A stretch of 64,000 nucleotides of DNA from Gammaproteobacteria bacterium (GCA_965238225.1 OZ250183.1:1658050-1722049), one strand, 5' to 3'. Counted from the stretch's first letter, positions 11,350-23,658 are shown. The notes: a model not told the origin generated them from the letters alone. Translations and numbers: made by a program.

Positions 11350-12162
11350 ATGAATACAGCATTCGGAATCATTGCATTTATTCTCTACTTTATGGCGGCA
11401 GGCAGATTAGGAATGCTGATATATGCCAGCGAGAGTACATCACTAAAACAGGCTAAAATTCAGGTATTTATTATCGGAGCCATCGCAATCATTCTAAATG
11501 GGATTTTACTCAACAATGTTATTTTTGTGAGTGATGGTCTAAATTTAGGTTTTTCTAACGCTTGGGCGCTTATTAGCTGGATCATTGCCATGGTGATTTT
11601 GCTGGTCGCAGTCTGCAAACCTGTAGAAAATTTACTGCTTATCTTTTTCCCATTAGCAGCGCTCGGACTCTTGCTCGTACTACTCATCCCAAGTCACCAT
11701 ATTTTAGCCAACTCAGCAGCCATAGGGTTAAAAATACATGTACTTCTGTCGATCATTGCCTACAGTTTACTTACGGTTGCTGCGTTCCAAGCGGCTCTAT
11801 TGGCATTTCAGGAATATCAACTAACGCACAAGCATCCCACGACGATTATAAACATTCTTCCACCTATGCAGGTCATGGAAGACTTATTGATTTACATCAT
11901 TGCTGTTGGTTTTCTTGTATTGAGCTTAAGTCTGGCAACAGGTTTCATGTTTATACATGATATTTTTGCTCAACATCTTATTCATAAAACAGTCTTATCA
12001 CTTCTATCATGGTTGGTCTTTGCCGCACTTCTTTTGGGGCGCAGGACAATGGGCTGGCGGGGGCAAAAACTAATACGCTGGACGCTGGCCGGTTTTTGTA
12101 TGCTAATGTTGGCATTTTTCGGCTCTAAACTGGTTTTGGAAATGATTTTAGGTCGAACCTAA
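11350..12162 (+). CDS. ypjD: YpjD/CcsA-family inner membrane protein
   Basis: Multi-TM protein with HLIHKTVLS and GWRG motifs; typical position divergent from ffh. Confidence 0.85.
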   Translation: MNTAFGIIAFILYFMAAGRLGMLIYASESTSLKQAKIQVFIIGAIAIILNGILLNNVIFVSDGLNLGFSNAWALISWIIAMVILLVAVCKPVENLLLIFFPLAALGLLLVLLIPSHHILANSAAIGLKIHVLLSIIAYSLLTVAAFQAALLAFQEYQLTHKHPTTIINILPPMQVMEDLLIYIIAVGFLVLSLSLATGFMFIHDIFAQHLIHKTVLSLLSWLVFAALLLGRRTMGWRGQKLIRWTLAGFCMLMLAFFGSKLVLEMILGRT

Positions 12163-12246
12163 ATAACTTAATTTGTCTATCTTTTTCTTGACACACTCAG
12201 ACGCTGCGCCACAATAGACCTTTCTTAATTTGAGGTCACCCATTTT

Positions 12247-13536
12247 TTGGATACCATCCCCCTGCCAGTACTTTTCATCATTCTGCTTATATTGATTGCT
12301 CTTTCTGCCTTTTTCTCTAGTTCCGAGACTGGCATGATGGCTCTAAATAAATACCGACTGCGTCATCTGGTTAGAGATAAACACCGTGCGGCCATACTGG
12401 TCAGCAAACTTCTTGAGAAACCCGACCGCCTGATTGGTGTCATTCTGTTTGGCAACAATGTGGTTAATTTCATGGCTGCCAGTATCGCTACAGTTATTGG
12501 ACTTCGCTTATTAGGAGATTATGGTGCCGTGGCTTCTCCTTTAATTATTGCAGTTATTTTTATTATATTTGCCGAAACTGCACCAAAGACCTATGCAGTT
12601 ATTCGACCGGAAAAAATTTCTTTTCCTTCAGCCTATATATTAACGCCGTTACTCAAAATCTGTTATCCCATTGTTTATATTATCAATAAGATTAGCAATG
12701 CCCTGTTAATACCATTAGGAATTAATACTGACAATATTGAAAATAAACCTTTAAGCCAAGATGAACTCAGGTCAATCGTACATGAAGCCGGTGCTGCTAT
12801 ATCAAGTAACCACCAAGATATGTTACTTGGCATATTAGAGTTGGAAAAAGTAACTGTCGATGACATCATGATACCAAAAAACGAACTCGTCGGAATTGAT
12901 CTTGACAATTCCATTGCGGACATACTTGAACAGCTGACACACTGCCAACATACCCGCCTGATAGGCTATCGTAAAAATATAGATAATGTCATAGGCATGC
13001 TACATGCTAGGCGTGTGCTAAGAATACTAAGCAGAAAGAAAGAACTTGATATTGATGATTTGGAAAAGCTTGCCACCGAACCTTACTACTTGCCTGCAAA
13101 CACCTCTTTGCATAAACAAATGCTTAATTTTCAGAAACAAAAACGGCGCACAGGCTTTGTTGTGAATGAATACGGAATTCTACAAGGGATGGTGACACTG
13201 GATGATATCCTTGAAGAAATTATTGGTGAATTTACTACCGATTTACAGATTTTTAGCCAGGACATCCAACCTCAGGAAGATGGATCTTTCTTTATTGATG
13301 GAAGCATCACCATTCGAGACATTAACAAACGGCTTGATTGGGAGTTACCTGCTGAAGGACCAAAGACAATTAATGGTGTCATCCTCGAACATCTTGAAGA
13401 TATACCAGAAACAGGCACAAGTCTGCGTATCAATGATTATGTTTTTGAAATTATACAGGTAGTAGACAACGCAGTTAAGAAAGTAAAGATTTTTCCATCG
13501 CTGGATAGTTCTAAAACATCTGAACATCAATCCTGA
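12247..13536 (+). CDS. HlyC/CorC (CNNM-CBS-CorC) family transporter, YfjD-like
   Basis: SAFFSSSETGMM, CBS pair, TLDDILEEIIGE, C-terminal CorC domain. Confidence 0.92.
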   Translation: MDTIPLPVLFIILLILIALSAFFSSSETGMMALNKYRLRHLVRDKHRAAILVSKLLEKPDRLIGVILFGNNVVNFMAASIATVIGLRLLGDYGAVASPLIIAVIFIIFAETAPKTYAVIRPEKISFPSAYILTPLLKICYPIVYIINKISNALLIPLGINTDNIENKPLSQDELRSIVHEAGAAISSNHQDMLLGILELEKVTVDDIMIPKNELVGIDLDNSIADILEQLTHCQHTRLIGYRKNIDNVIGMLHARRVLRILSRKKELDIDDLEKLATEPYYLPANTSLHKQMLNFQKQKRRTGFVVNEYGILQGMVTLDDILEEIIGEFTTDLQIFSQDIQPQEDGSFFIDGSITIRDINKRLDWELPAEGPKTINGVILEHLEDIPETGTSLRINDYVFEIIQVVDNAVKKVKIFPSLDSSKTSEHQS

Positions 13537-13578
13537 TATTTACAGAAACTAATCAAAAAAATATTCTGGAAAATATTA

Positions 13579-14320
13579 CTATTTTACACATTGGAACAAC
13601 ATAGAAAGTGAGGATGACTTCCTAGTGAATGTCTTTATTAGTTTGAATCCATAGCTGCCAAACAACTGGGTATATTCAACTGGTTAAACCACTGGATATG
13701 CTCTGGTGGACAAATTTCTTACCATGGAGATAGATCATCTGAAATTTTCTTGTGCCCTGAATCTGGTGTACTCAGGCAAACAATCGTCCCTACTTTAGAA
13801 ATTGAAACAATCATGTCTATAAAACCACGTGTGCCGGGATATGTTTCAATAACTCTTCAGTAAAGATAGAACCGAAAATAAGATCGCTTCTCGCCATAGA
13901 GTTAAAACTTGTACAATGAAATGTATAATCAGGAAATTTATTTCTGGCATAGGCTGTGGAATTTTTACTAATATCCAGTCCATACGCTTATGCGCCAAAT
14001 AATCAAAATGAATTCGTTATAAAGCCACCGCCAGAACCAACATCAAGCGTTCTTTTATTGCGCATATACTTCCAAAACCGTAATGATTTTAAAAATGCAC
14101 GACGTTTTCTGGATCTTGCTTTGGGATAAAAATTAATATCTGCACCGCGATAATTCTTACTGTAGTAAGCAGCAATATCTTGAGCAGATGGATAAGGGTT
14201 TAAAAATAGAAAATCACAAACAAAGCATATATGAATCTTCTATGAATCTTTCTCAAATTCCAAACCTGTCTGCATCACGCATATGTCGCATCTGCGTCCA
14301 ATACTTTCTGCAACACTCAT
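13579..14320 (-). pseudogene. Class I SAM-dependent methyltransferase pseudogene
   Basis: Manual translation: MSVAESIGRRCDIC...ICFVCDFLFLNPYPS...TLDVGSGGGF...GLDIS...LSTPD...CPPEHIQWFN; at least four in-frame stops and two frameshifts. Confidence 0.85.
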
Positions 14321-14367
14321 AAATTTCTAATAAACTCATGTTGGCTCATTCCTTTTACCAGACAAAA

Positions 14368-15717
14368 TTACATGCGCTCGCCAATACACGTTCTGACTTC
14401 ATGCGCCAAGCTTTCAGCGATAGCATTGACCTGAGTTTCAATTTCTCCTTCAACCATCACCCTAATCAGAGGCTCTGTACCCGAAGACCTTAACAAGATT
14501 CGCCCCTTATCTCCCAGCTCAGATTCGGCGGTTCTCATGGCATCCTGTACATTTGTCATCCTTGACAAATCAACCTCTTTGTTAATTCCGACATTTATCA
14601 TTGTTTGTGGATATTTTTCCATACCGGCTTTAAGTTTGGATAGTGTTTCTCCTGAGACAACCATTTCATCCAGTACTTGCAATGCCGAGATGATCCCATC
14701 ACCAGTTGTTGTCATATCTAGATTGATAATATGACCTGAGGATTCTCCGCCTAATTTCAAATTACTCTTATTCAACGTCTCCAGTACATAGCGGTCTCCG
14801 ACCTGTGTGCGTAGGAAATTCATGCCCAGTTTTTTGATTGCTATCTCAAGCCCGAGATTGCTCATAACCGTTCCCACAACACCACCACCTAGTGTCTTCT
14901 GCCTGCCCTGACTTATAACAAAAAGAATTTCATCTCCATCAACTACTTCACCTTTATGGTCAACCATGATTAAACGGTCGCCGTCGCCGTCCAACGCAAT
15001 TCCAATATCAGCTTCACGCTCAAACACTTTTTCCCGTAATAACTCAGTACTTGTCGCACCGTGAGCAACATTAATATTGAATCCGTTGGGCTTATTGCCA
15101 ATCGTGATGACATCAGCGCCGAGCTCTTCGAATACATGAGGTGCAATGTGATAGGTTGCACCATGGGCACAATCAACAACCAATCGAATACCTTTAAGAT
15201 CAAGATTATTCCTCACTCTAAATTTACAGAATTCTATGTATCGCCTCGCTGCATCCACGATCCGCTTGGCTTTTCCCAGTTTCTTTGGTTTAGTCACCTT
15301 GATTGGTTTTTCAAGTTCTTGCTCTATAGCAATTTCAATATCGTCAGGTAATTTGGTTCCTTCGGCTGAAAAAAATTTAATGCCATTGTCGTGAAATAGG
15401 TTGTGAGATGCGCTTATCACAATACCTGCCTGCGCCCTCGCATTACGTGTTAGATAAGCAATGCCTGGTGTTGGCATTGGGCCAAGTAAACAAATATTAG
15501 CGCCTGCTGCTGACAAACCTGCCTCAAGTGCGGATTCAAACATATACCCTGAAATGCGTGTGTCCTTGCCGATAAGCACCGACCCAGTGCCATCCTTAGC
15601 CAACACCCTGCCCGCAGCCCAGCCTAATTTCATGATAAAATCAGGGGTAATGGGTGCTTCTCCTACCTTGCCACGAATACCGTCCGTACCAAAGTATTTT
15701 CGTCTATTTACACTAAT
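14368..15717 (-). CDS. glmM: Phosphoglucosamine mutase (start codon non-canonical or uncertain)
   Basis: [12 protein letters not shown]-terminus lies upstream of the ORF-track start; VISASHN, DGDGDR, GGESSGH motifs. Confidence 0.95.
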   Translation of the reverse strand: MSVNRRKYFGTDGIRGKVGEAPITPDFIMKLGWAAGRVLAKDGTGSVLIGKDTRISGYMFESALEAGLSAAGANICLLGPMPTPGIAYLTRNARAQAGIVISASHNLFHDNGIKFFSAEGTKLPDDIEIAIEQELEKPIKVTKPKKLGKAKRIVDAARRYIEFCKFRVRNNLDLKGIRLVVDCAHGATYHIAPHVFEELGADVITIGNKPNGFNINVAHGATSTELLREKVFEREADIGIALDGDGDRLIMVDHKGEVVDGDEILFVISQGRQKTLGGGVVGTVMSNLGLEIAIKKLGMNFLRTQVGDRYVLETLNKSNLKLGGESSGHIINLDMTTTGDGIISALQVLDEMVVSGETLSKLKAGMEKYPQTMINVGINKEVDLSRMTNVQDAMRTAESELGDKGRILLRSSGTEPLIRVMVEGEIETQVNAIAESLAHEVRTCIGERM

Positions 15718-15836
15718 GAAACTGCTCCTAATCTTTGTAAAAACGTATCGTTAAACATTTCAATGTCAAAGTGAAGTATTTTGAATAAGCTACACGCTTC
15801 ACGCTTAAATATTTTATTAATAATATTTCACTAAAA

Positions 15837-17747
15837 TTATGCAGGCTTTGCTGGCGGCTTACTATCCGGAACATCATCTTTTTTTATGGTGTCCGTCTTT
15901 TTCGCATCCGATCCGCCATTATCACAATCATTCCAGCCTTCAGGATATCTTGGCTTCTTGCCTGCCATGATGTCATCAATCTGACAAGCATCGATAATCT
16001 CATACTTTATCAAAGTATCAGCCATTATATGTAACTTATCGATATTTTCCTTTAGAAGTTTTTCCGCTCTTGCATAGTTTCTGTCTATTAATGCTCGGAT
16101 TTCTTCGTCAATTAAATGAGCTGTCTCATCTGAGACCTCCTTATGTTTTGTCACAGAACGACCTAAGAATATCTCGCCGTCATCTTCGCTGTAAGTTAAT
16201 GGCCCAAGCCTCTCTGATAAACCCCACTTGGTGACCATGTTTCTCGCGATCTGTGTTGCTCTTTCAATATCATTACTAGCACCTGTCGTCACATGCTCCT
16301 TGCCTAATATAAGTTCTTCGGCAATACGACCACCGAACAAGGAAGAAATCATACTTTCAAGCTGTTCTTTATTCTGACTGTAATTATCTTTCTCAGGCAA
16401 AAACATTGTCACACCCAATGTCTTGCCCCTGGGGATAATCGTTACCTTATAAACAGGATCATGCGAAGGCACCAAACGACCGACGATAGCATGTCCCGCT
16501 TCGTGGTATGCCGTGTTTCTTTTATCTTCTTCGCTCATGACCATAGAACGCCGCTCTGCGCCCATCATTATTTTATCTTTGGCCTTTTCCATATCTTCCA
16601 TTTCAATCAATTTTTTATTAGCCCCTGCTGCAAACAGAGCAGCTTCGTTGACGAGGTTGGCAAGATCAGCACCAGAAAAACCTGGTGTGCCACGGGCAAT
16701 AATGCTTGGTTGTACATCATCATTGATTATAACCTTACGAATATGTACTTTCAGAATCTGCTCGCGACCACGAATATCCGGCAATGTCACAACCACCTGC
16801 CGATCGAAACGACCAGGTCTTAGCAAGGCAGGATCAAGCACGTCAGGCCTATTGGTTGCCGCAATAACAATCACGCCTTCATTACCTTCAAAGCCATCCA
16901 TTTCAACAAGTAACTGATTTAAAGTCTGCTCTCGTTCATCATGCCCACCGCCCAAGCCTGCGCCACGATGACGACCAACAGCATCAATTTCATCGATAAA
17001 AATAATGCAAGGAGCATGTTTTTTTGCCTGCTCAAACATGTCGCGAACGCGAGAAGCGCCGACGCCTACAAACATCTCAACAAAATCTGAACCAGAGATG
17101 GTAAAGAATGGTACATCTGCTTCGCCTGCAATCGCCTTAGCTAATAAAGTTTTTCCTGTTCCCGGAGCGCCCACCATCAGCACACCAGATGGGATCTGAC
17201 CGCCAAGCTTGTGAAATTTTCTAGGATCACGTAAGAATTCAACCAATTCACTAAGCTCTTCTTTGGCCTCTTCGACACCAGCGACATCGTTAAAAGTAAC
17301 TCTGTTTTGATCTCCCCCAAGCAAGCGAGCACGACTTTTCCCAAATGAGAATATGCCACTACGACCACCGCCTTGCATCTGACGCATAAAATAAAACCAG
17401 ATGCCAAATATAAATATGAAAGGTAGCCATGTAATAAATGCATGCGCCCATAAAGAATTTTCCGGTGCTGGGCTCTGAATCTCAATATCATGTTCAACCA
17501 AGTCTCCGATCAGGGCAACATTGCTCGTCTCAGGACTGTACGTCACAAAGGGCGTACCATCCATACGGCTGCCACTAATAATTTTCCCTTCAATATTGAC
17601 CTTTTTGATATTGCTATTTTTTACTTCACTAAGGAAAGTAGAATAGGTTATTTCACTAACAACAGGTGCTGCAAAATTTTTGAAAATCATCATCAATACC
17701 AAAGTGATGATGACCATTATTAATAAAGTTCTTGCTGTTTCGTTCAA
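15837..17747 (-). CDS. ftsH: ATP-dependent zinc metalloprotease FtsH
   Basis: Two TM segments, [21 protein letters not shown]. Confidence 0.98.
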   Translation of the reverse strand: MNETARTLLIMVIITLVLMMIFKNFAAPVVSEITYSTFLSEVKNSNIKKVNIEGKIISGSRMDGTPFVTYSPETSNVALIGDLVEHDIEIQSPAPENSLWAHAFITWLPFIFIFGIWFYFMRQMQGGGRSGIFSFGKSRARLLGGDQNRVTFNDVAGVEEAKEELSELVEFLRDPRKFHKLGGQIPSGVLMVGAPGTGKTLLAKAIAGEADVPFFTISGSDFVEMFVGVGASRVRDMFEQAKKHAPCIIFIDEIDAVGRHRGAGLGGGHDEREQTLNQLLVEMDGFEGNEGVIVIAATNRPDVLDPALLRPGRFDRQVVVTLPDIRGREQILKVHIRKVIINDDVQPSIIARGTPGFSGADLANLVNEAALFAAGANKKLIEMEDMEKAKDKIMMGAERRSMVMSEEDKRNTAYHEAGHAIVGRLVPSHDPVYKVTIIPRGKTLGVTMFLPEKDNYSQNKEQLESMISSLFGGRIAEELILGKEHVTTGASNDIERATQIARNMVTKWGLSERLGPLTYSEDDGEIFLGRSVTKHKEVSDETAHLIDEEIRALIDRNYARAEKLLKENIDKLHIMADTLIKYEIIDACQIDDIMAGKKPRYPEGWNDCDNGGSDAKKTDTIKKDDVPDSKPPAKPA

Positions 17748-17797
17748 AGTAAAACCTCTTTTATAATAAATGCCACTACATACATCCGTTTATCTAA

Positions 17798-18418
17798 CTA
17801 TAACCGAAAGGCGCGTGCTAAAACATAAAATTCACGTGAATTATTGCGGGAAGCCTTCGGTTTTCGTATCAGGACTTTTCCAAAATATTCTTTCAAATCA
17901 TTGAGATACATCTGTACACCTTCACCTTCGAAAACTTTCACTAACATATCACCACCTTGCCTTAACACATCTTTTGCAAAATTGAGGCTCAATCCTGCCA
18001 AATACAGGCTGCGCGCCTCGTCCGTTGCCCTAATGCCAGATAAGTTGGGAGCCATATCCGAAATTACAATATCTGCCTTGATATTATCCATTATCTGCAA
18101 GCACTGCTTGTAGACTGATTGTTCAGTGAAATCACCTGCTATAAATAATACGCCCTCAATAGGCTCTAGCGGTAAAATGTCGACAGCGATTAATCGACCC
18201 TTATTACCTATTTTTTCGTTGGCATACTGAGACCAACTCCCGGGTGCTGCGCCTAGATCAACAATAGTTTGGTTGCGTTCAAATAAATGATCTTTCTCAT
18301 TTATTTCAATCAATTTATAGACAGCACGTGAACGATAATGCGACTGTTGCGCTTTTTTAACGTAGGGATCTTTTTGCTGACGATCCAACCACTTTCTACT
18401 GTGACGACTCTTAGCCAA
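17798..18418 (-). CDS. rlmE: 23S rRNA Um2552 methyltransferase
   Basis: YRSRAVYKL, DLGAAPGSW, SDMAPN; upstream of ftsH. Confidence 0.96.
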   Translation of the reverse strand: MAKSRHSRKWLDRQQKDPYVKKAQQSHYRSRAVYKLIEINEKDHLFERNQTIVDLGAAPGSWSQYANEKIGNKGRLIAVDILPLEPIEGVLFIAGDFTEQSVYKQCLQIMDNIKADIVISDMAPNLSGIRATDEARSLYLAGLSLNFAKDVLRQGGDMLVKVFEGEGVQMYLNDLKEYFGKVLIRKPKASRNNSREFYVLARAFRL

Positions 18419-18567
18419 TTAAATATACCAAACATCTTAAAAGCTGGGCAGCTTAGCATAATCTTATGTGTTTAAACCAAATGCTAACTTAAAGAAACCA
18501 AGAAATTCTTGGAGCGGATTGCCAAAGTTGCAGCCATACGCGACGGCTTACTATACAGTTTATTAAC

Positions 18568-19050
18568 TTACTCGTAACGAGCTTCCAAGATTTCGTATTT
18601 AATCACACCACTGGGGGCATCCACCTCTACGATGTCATCAACTTCCTTGCCAATTAAAGCGCGGGCAATCGGTGATGTCACTGAGATGAGTGATTTTTCA
18701 ATATCTGCTTCAATCTCTCCGACAATTTGGTAAGTGACTTCATCATCATTTTCTATATTAGCCAAATTTACAGTCGCACCAAACACGACCTTACCATTTG
18801 CATTGAGTGTTGCGACATCAATAATCTGAGCATCAGCCAAAGCATTCTCGATCATACCTATACGACCTTCAAGAAAACTTTGTTGTTCACGCGCAGCGTG
18901 ATATTCAGCATTCTCGCTTAAGTCACCATGAGCCCGCGCTTCAGCTATCTCAGCAGAGATACGTGGTCGATCGATCGTTTTTAATTCTTTCAGTTGCTCA
19001 CGCAATTTCTGCGCACCTCTTGTTGTGACTGGCACCTTACCCATATCCAC
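18568..19050 (-). CDS. greA: Transcription elongation factor GreA
   Basis: [18 protein letters not shown] and [10 protein letters not shown]. Confidence 0.96.
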   Translation of the reverse strand: MDMGKVPVTTRGAQKLREQLKELKTIDRPRISAEIAEARAHGDLSENAEYHAAREQQSFLEGRIGMIENALADAQIIDVATLNANGKVVFGATVNLANIENDDEVTYQIVGEIEADIEKSLISVTSPIARALIGKEVDDIVEVDAPSGVIKYEILEARYE

Positions 19051-19080
19051 CTCTCAGCAAATTATTCATGACTAATCTCC

Positions 19081-22000
19081 TCACGCCAATTCTTTATGTA
19101 AGTCCTGCAAGGAATTAATCTTATTCATATCTTCATGTTTTAAAGCCAAGATCGTCGCCATAGCCCCCGCCATCGTTGTAACATAGAAAATGTTGTGTTG
19201 CAAAGCTGTTCTGCGTATTGAATAAGAGTCTGCAATTGCTTGTTTATCCTCCGTGGTATTTACAATCATATCAATTTGATTATTTTTCAGCATATCAACA
19301 ATATGTGGCTGGCCCTCTCTTACTTTATTCACGTCTTGACACTTGAGCCCCGCTTGCCTGATGAAGTTTGCGGTACCATGTGTTGCACATAAGGTAAAGC
19401 CTAATTCAACCAGTTCTTTAGCAACATCCGCAGCAACAGATTTATCTTCATCGCGCACACTGATAAAAACCAGACCTGACTTCGGGATAAGCTCTCCTGC
19501 AGCCAGCTGTCCTTTAGCAAAAGCTTCTGCAAAAGTTCTACCTATACCCATGACTTCGCCAGTTGATTTCATCTCAGGCCCCAATAAGGAATCAACACCT
19601 GGAAATTTTATAAATGGGAACACAGATTCTTTCACAGAAAAATAATTTGCTTTATTGACTTTGACAACTTTTTGCTCGGCAAGACTTTTTCCAACCATAC
19701 AATTAACTGCAACTCTTGCCAATGATATGCCTGTTGCCTTGGAAACGAATGGCACTGTTCTTGAGGCACGGGGGTTTACTTCAAGAACGTAGATGTCATC
19801 ACCTTGAATAGCAAACTGTACGTTCATCAAGCCAATAACATGGAGACCCTTAGCCAGCAGGCGCACCTGTTCTTCAAGTTGTTTTTGTATGTCTTCACTG
19901 AGACTATGCGGCGGTAAGGAACATGCCGAATCACCTGAGTGCACACCAGCTTGTTCTATGTGCTCCATAATACCGCCAATCAAGACTTCTTCTCCATCAC
20001 AGACAGCATCAACATCAACTTCGATTGCATCATTTAGAAACTTGTCCAGCAGTACGGGTGATTCACGGGTAATCGAAAGTTGATCAGATATACTTATGTT
20101 GTCGTGTAGATTCTTAGCGACATTAGATAATTCATGGGTAGTCGAATCTGTAGCATTTTCTGTGTGATCTGTCTCAGATTGTGTAGGTGATTACGGGTAT
20201 GGGTAGTCGAATCTGTAGCATTGTCTGTGTGATCTGTCTCAGATTGTGTAGATGAGCTATAGATAACCGAAACTGCATTATATATGTAAGTCCTCAGATA
20301 AGTCCCCAGATCACTTTCGTTGTAGACAATCTCCATAGCCCTCCCACCCAACACATGAGAAGGCCGAACAATGAGCGGATAACCAATTTCTTCAGCCAAT
20401 TTAACAGCCTCTTCAGTTTCGCTTGCGGCACGGTTTGGCGGTTGTTTTAAACCTAACTCTACCAATAATTTCTGAAAGCGTTCGCGATTCTCAGCCAAAT
20501 CAATGGAATCTGGCAAAGTACCAATAATCTGAGCACCGGCAGCTTCCAGTGCGCGTGCCAACTTTAATGGTGTCTGTCCGCCATATTGAACGACAATGTC
20601 ACAGGGCTTTTCAATGTTAATAATCTCCAGAACATCTTCCAAGGTCAATGGCTCAAAATAAAGACGATCAGAAATATCATAATCTGTCGAGACTGTTTCT
20701 GGATTACAATTCACCATAATCGTTTCATAACCTGCTTCACGCATAGCCAGTACTGCCTGAACACAACAATAGTCAAACTCTATCCCTTGTCCGATACGAT
20801 TAGGCCCTCCACCCAGTACTATAATTTTCTGAAGAGAGCTCGGCTTGGCTTCGCATTCTCCCTGAGAGGTGGAATTCATCTCATAGGTGGAATACATATA
20901 GGCAGTTGTTGCTGTAAATTCAGCTGCGCAAGAATCAACGCGTTTAAACACAGGACGAATATTCTTGTCGTATCTAAGACTTCGGACTGCCTCTTCTATC
21001 ATACCGCACAATGTTGCTAAACGCCTGTCCGAAAAACCTTTGCGTTTGAGTGCGTATAGGCGCTTTGGTGTTAATGATTTTTTACCCTGCTGTTTTATTA
21101 TTTTCTCTTCTTCGACAAGATCCTGAATCTGCGCCAAGAACCAGACATCAATCTTGCAGCATTGATGAATATCTTCAATGCTCATACCCCGGCGAAAGGC
21201 ATCGGCGACAAACAACAGACGTTCTCCTCTGGGCCGGCGCATTTCTGCTTGCACAGGTTCTTTTAAACACAAGTGCTGCATCTTTATTAGCATTATTGAT
21301 TTCAGGTTCTTTTAAACCATCCAGACCTGTCTCAAGGCTACGCAATGCCTTCTGCAATGATTCCTGAAATGTTCTGCCAATCGCCATCACTTCGCCGATA
21401 GATTTCATTTGTGTCGTCAGTCTGTCATCAGCCTTTGGAAATCTTTCAAAAGTGAACCTAGGTATCTTAGTCACTACATAATCAATCGCAGGCTCAAAGG
21501 ATATAGGCGTTGCGCCGCCCGTTATTTCATTATCCAGCTCATCCAACGTATAGCCGACAGCTAATTTTGTAGCGACTCTGGCTATTGGAAAACCCGTTGC
21601 CTTGGATGCCAATGCTGAAGAACGGGAAACACGTGGGTTCATTTCAATAACTATTAATTCGCCATTATCAGGATCTACAGCAAACTGAACATTAGAGCCG
21701 CCAGTCTCGACACCTATCTCACGCAGCACTGCAATTGATGCATCACGCATGATCTGGTATTCCTTGTCTGTTAGCGTTTGTGCTGGCGCAACAGTAATAG
21801 AATCTCCTGTATGCACCCCCATGGGGTCAAGGTTTTCAATAGAACAAATGATGATGCAGTTATCTTTGCGATCGCGCACCACTTCCATCTCAAATTCTTT
21901 CCAGCCAAGCACAGACTGCTCAATTAAAACTTCTGATGTTGGGGATGCATCAAGTCCGTATTCACATATTTCCACAAATTCTTCACGATTATATGCAATA

Positions 22001-22539
22001 CCACCGCCTGTTCCTCCCAGAGTAAATGAAGGACGAATAATGGTTGGAAAACCAATTTTTTCTTGGGCGATTTTTGCCTGTTTCGTATTATGAACGACAA
22101 ATGATTTTGGTGTGGATAAGCCAATCCTGACCATCGCATCTTTAAACAACTGACGATCTTCTGCTTTGTCTATGGCATCTACAGAAGCACCAATAAGTTC
22201 AACATTGTATTGTTCCAATACACCTTTGCGATTTAAATCCAGCGCACAATTAAGTGCTGTCTGCCCGCCCATAGTCGGCAATATTGCGTCTGGCCGTTCT
22301 TTTTCGATAATTTTTTCCACAACTTGCCAATCAACAGGTTCGATATAAGTCGCATCTGCCATATTCGGATCAGTCATAATCGTCGCTGGGTTTGAATTCA
22401 CCAATATGACGCGATAGCCCTCTTCCCGTAACGCCTTGCAGGCTTGGGTTCCGGAATAATCAAACTCGCATGCCTGCCCAATAATGATAGGACCGGCACC
22501 AATGATTAAAATACTTTCTATGTCTGCACGTTTTGGCAT
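19081..22539 (-). pseudogene. carB: Carbamoyl-phosphate synthase large subunit, two frameshifts and a large repeat insertion (pseudogene or mis-sequenced)
   Basis: ORFs 21175-22539, 20094-21293 and 19081-19983 together cover CarB from MPKRADI to the MGS domain; breaks at about 21260 and 20190. Confidence 0.9.
20056..20270 (-). repeat. Intragenic repeat expansion in carB
   Basis: 53-bp near-identical direct repeat starting at 20134 and 20199 (one mismatch, period 65), plus four degenerate copies of a 7-codon anchor. Confidence 0.9.
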
Positions 22540-22548
22540 AGGATTTAC

Positions 22549-23658
22549 TTATCTAGCTCGCATCAATTCAATGAAGTGTTCAAATAAAGGACGCATATCA
22601 TGTGGCCCTGGGCTCGCCTCAGGATGCCCTTGGAAACCAAATGCGGGCAATTCATTGTGGTGTATCCCCTGGAGAGAACCATCAAATAAGGAACGATGTG
22701 TCGCGCGCAAGGATTTTGGCAGGCTTTTTTCATCTACAGCAAAGCCGTGGTTTTGGCTTGATATCATGACACGCTCGGTTTCTAAACATTGCACTGGATG
22801 ATTAGCACCATGATGTCCAAATTTCATTTTGACGGTTTTTGCGCCCATGGCCAAAGCCAATAATTGATGACCCAGGCAAATACCGAATACAGGTATTTTA
22901 CTCGCCACAAGTCCGCTAATCGCGGAGATAGCATAATCGCAAGGCTCAGGGTCGCCTGGTCCATTGGATAAGAAAATACCATCAGGTTTTTGTGCCAATA
23001 CCTCACTTGCAGCTGTTTGTGCTGGAACAACGGTTAATTTGCAACCAGATTCAGCCAATATTTTTAATATATTGCGCTTAATGCCAAAGTCGTAGGCAGT
23101 AACCCGCAAAGGCGTGTCGTTTGATGGTGTGTTAGAACATGTGTCTTGCGGCCATCTATAACGTTTCTTAGTTGAGACAACTTTAGCCAAGTCTACGCCC
23201 AACAGACCGGGGAATTCCTTCGCTGCACGAATAGCTTTTTGCTCATTTATTCCTCCTGCGACGATGCAGCCTTTTTGTACACCCTTATTACATAGAATGC
23301 GTGTCAGGCGACGTGTATCAATATTTGCAATCGCAATGACTTTATTCTTTTCCAAATAAATATCTAAAGGTTTGCTAGAACGCCAGCTACTTGCCATGAA
23401 AGGTAGGTCACGAATTACAAGCCCACTGGCAAAGATTTTACTGGATTCTGCATCTTCAGCATTAGTACCAACATTGCCAATGTGCGGTTGAGTCAGCGCA
23501 ATAATTTGCTCGCAATAGGAAGGATCGCTTAGAATTTCCTGATAGCCAGTCATTGCAGTATTGAAAACGACTTCACCAACGGTTTGCCCGTCAATACCAA
23601 TAGATTTGCCATAGAAAAGACTGCCATCTTCTAACGCCAACAACGCCGTATAATCCAA
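22549..23658 (-). CDS. carA: Carbamoyl-phosphate synthase small subunit
   Basis: [38 protein letters not shown]; start placed at TTG 23658 after AGAGGA. Confidence 0.96.
   Translation of the reverse strand: MDYTALLALEDGSLFYGKSIGIDGQTVGEVVFNTAMTGYQEILSDPSYCEQIIALTQPHIGNVGTNAEDAESSKIFASGLVIRDLPFMASSWRSSKPLDIYLEKNKVIAIANIDTRRLTRILCNKGVQKGCIVAGGINEQKAIRAAKEFPGLLGVDLAKVVSTKKRYRWPQDTCSNTPSNDTPLRVTAYDFGIKRNILKILAESGCKLTVVPAQTAASEVLAQKPDGIFLSNGPGDPEPCDYAISAISGLVASKIPVFGICLGHQLLALAMGAKTVKMKFGHHGANHPVQCLETERVMISSQNHGFAVDEKSLPKSLRATHRSLFDGSLQGIHHNELPAFGFQGHPEASPGPHDMRPLFEHFIELMRAR

Noticed and set aside
13579-14320. Stop-codon reassignment explaining the interrupted genes
   Set aside because: Interruptions include TAG, TGA and TAA plus frameshifts, and all three stops terminate intact genes in the window.
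20056-20270. carB insert as an intein, intron or CRISPR array
   Set aside because: No Cys/Ser...His-Asn splice motifs, too short for a self-splicing intron, anchors are degenerate, two spacers are near-identical, and no cas genes are present.
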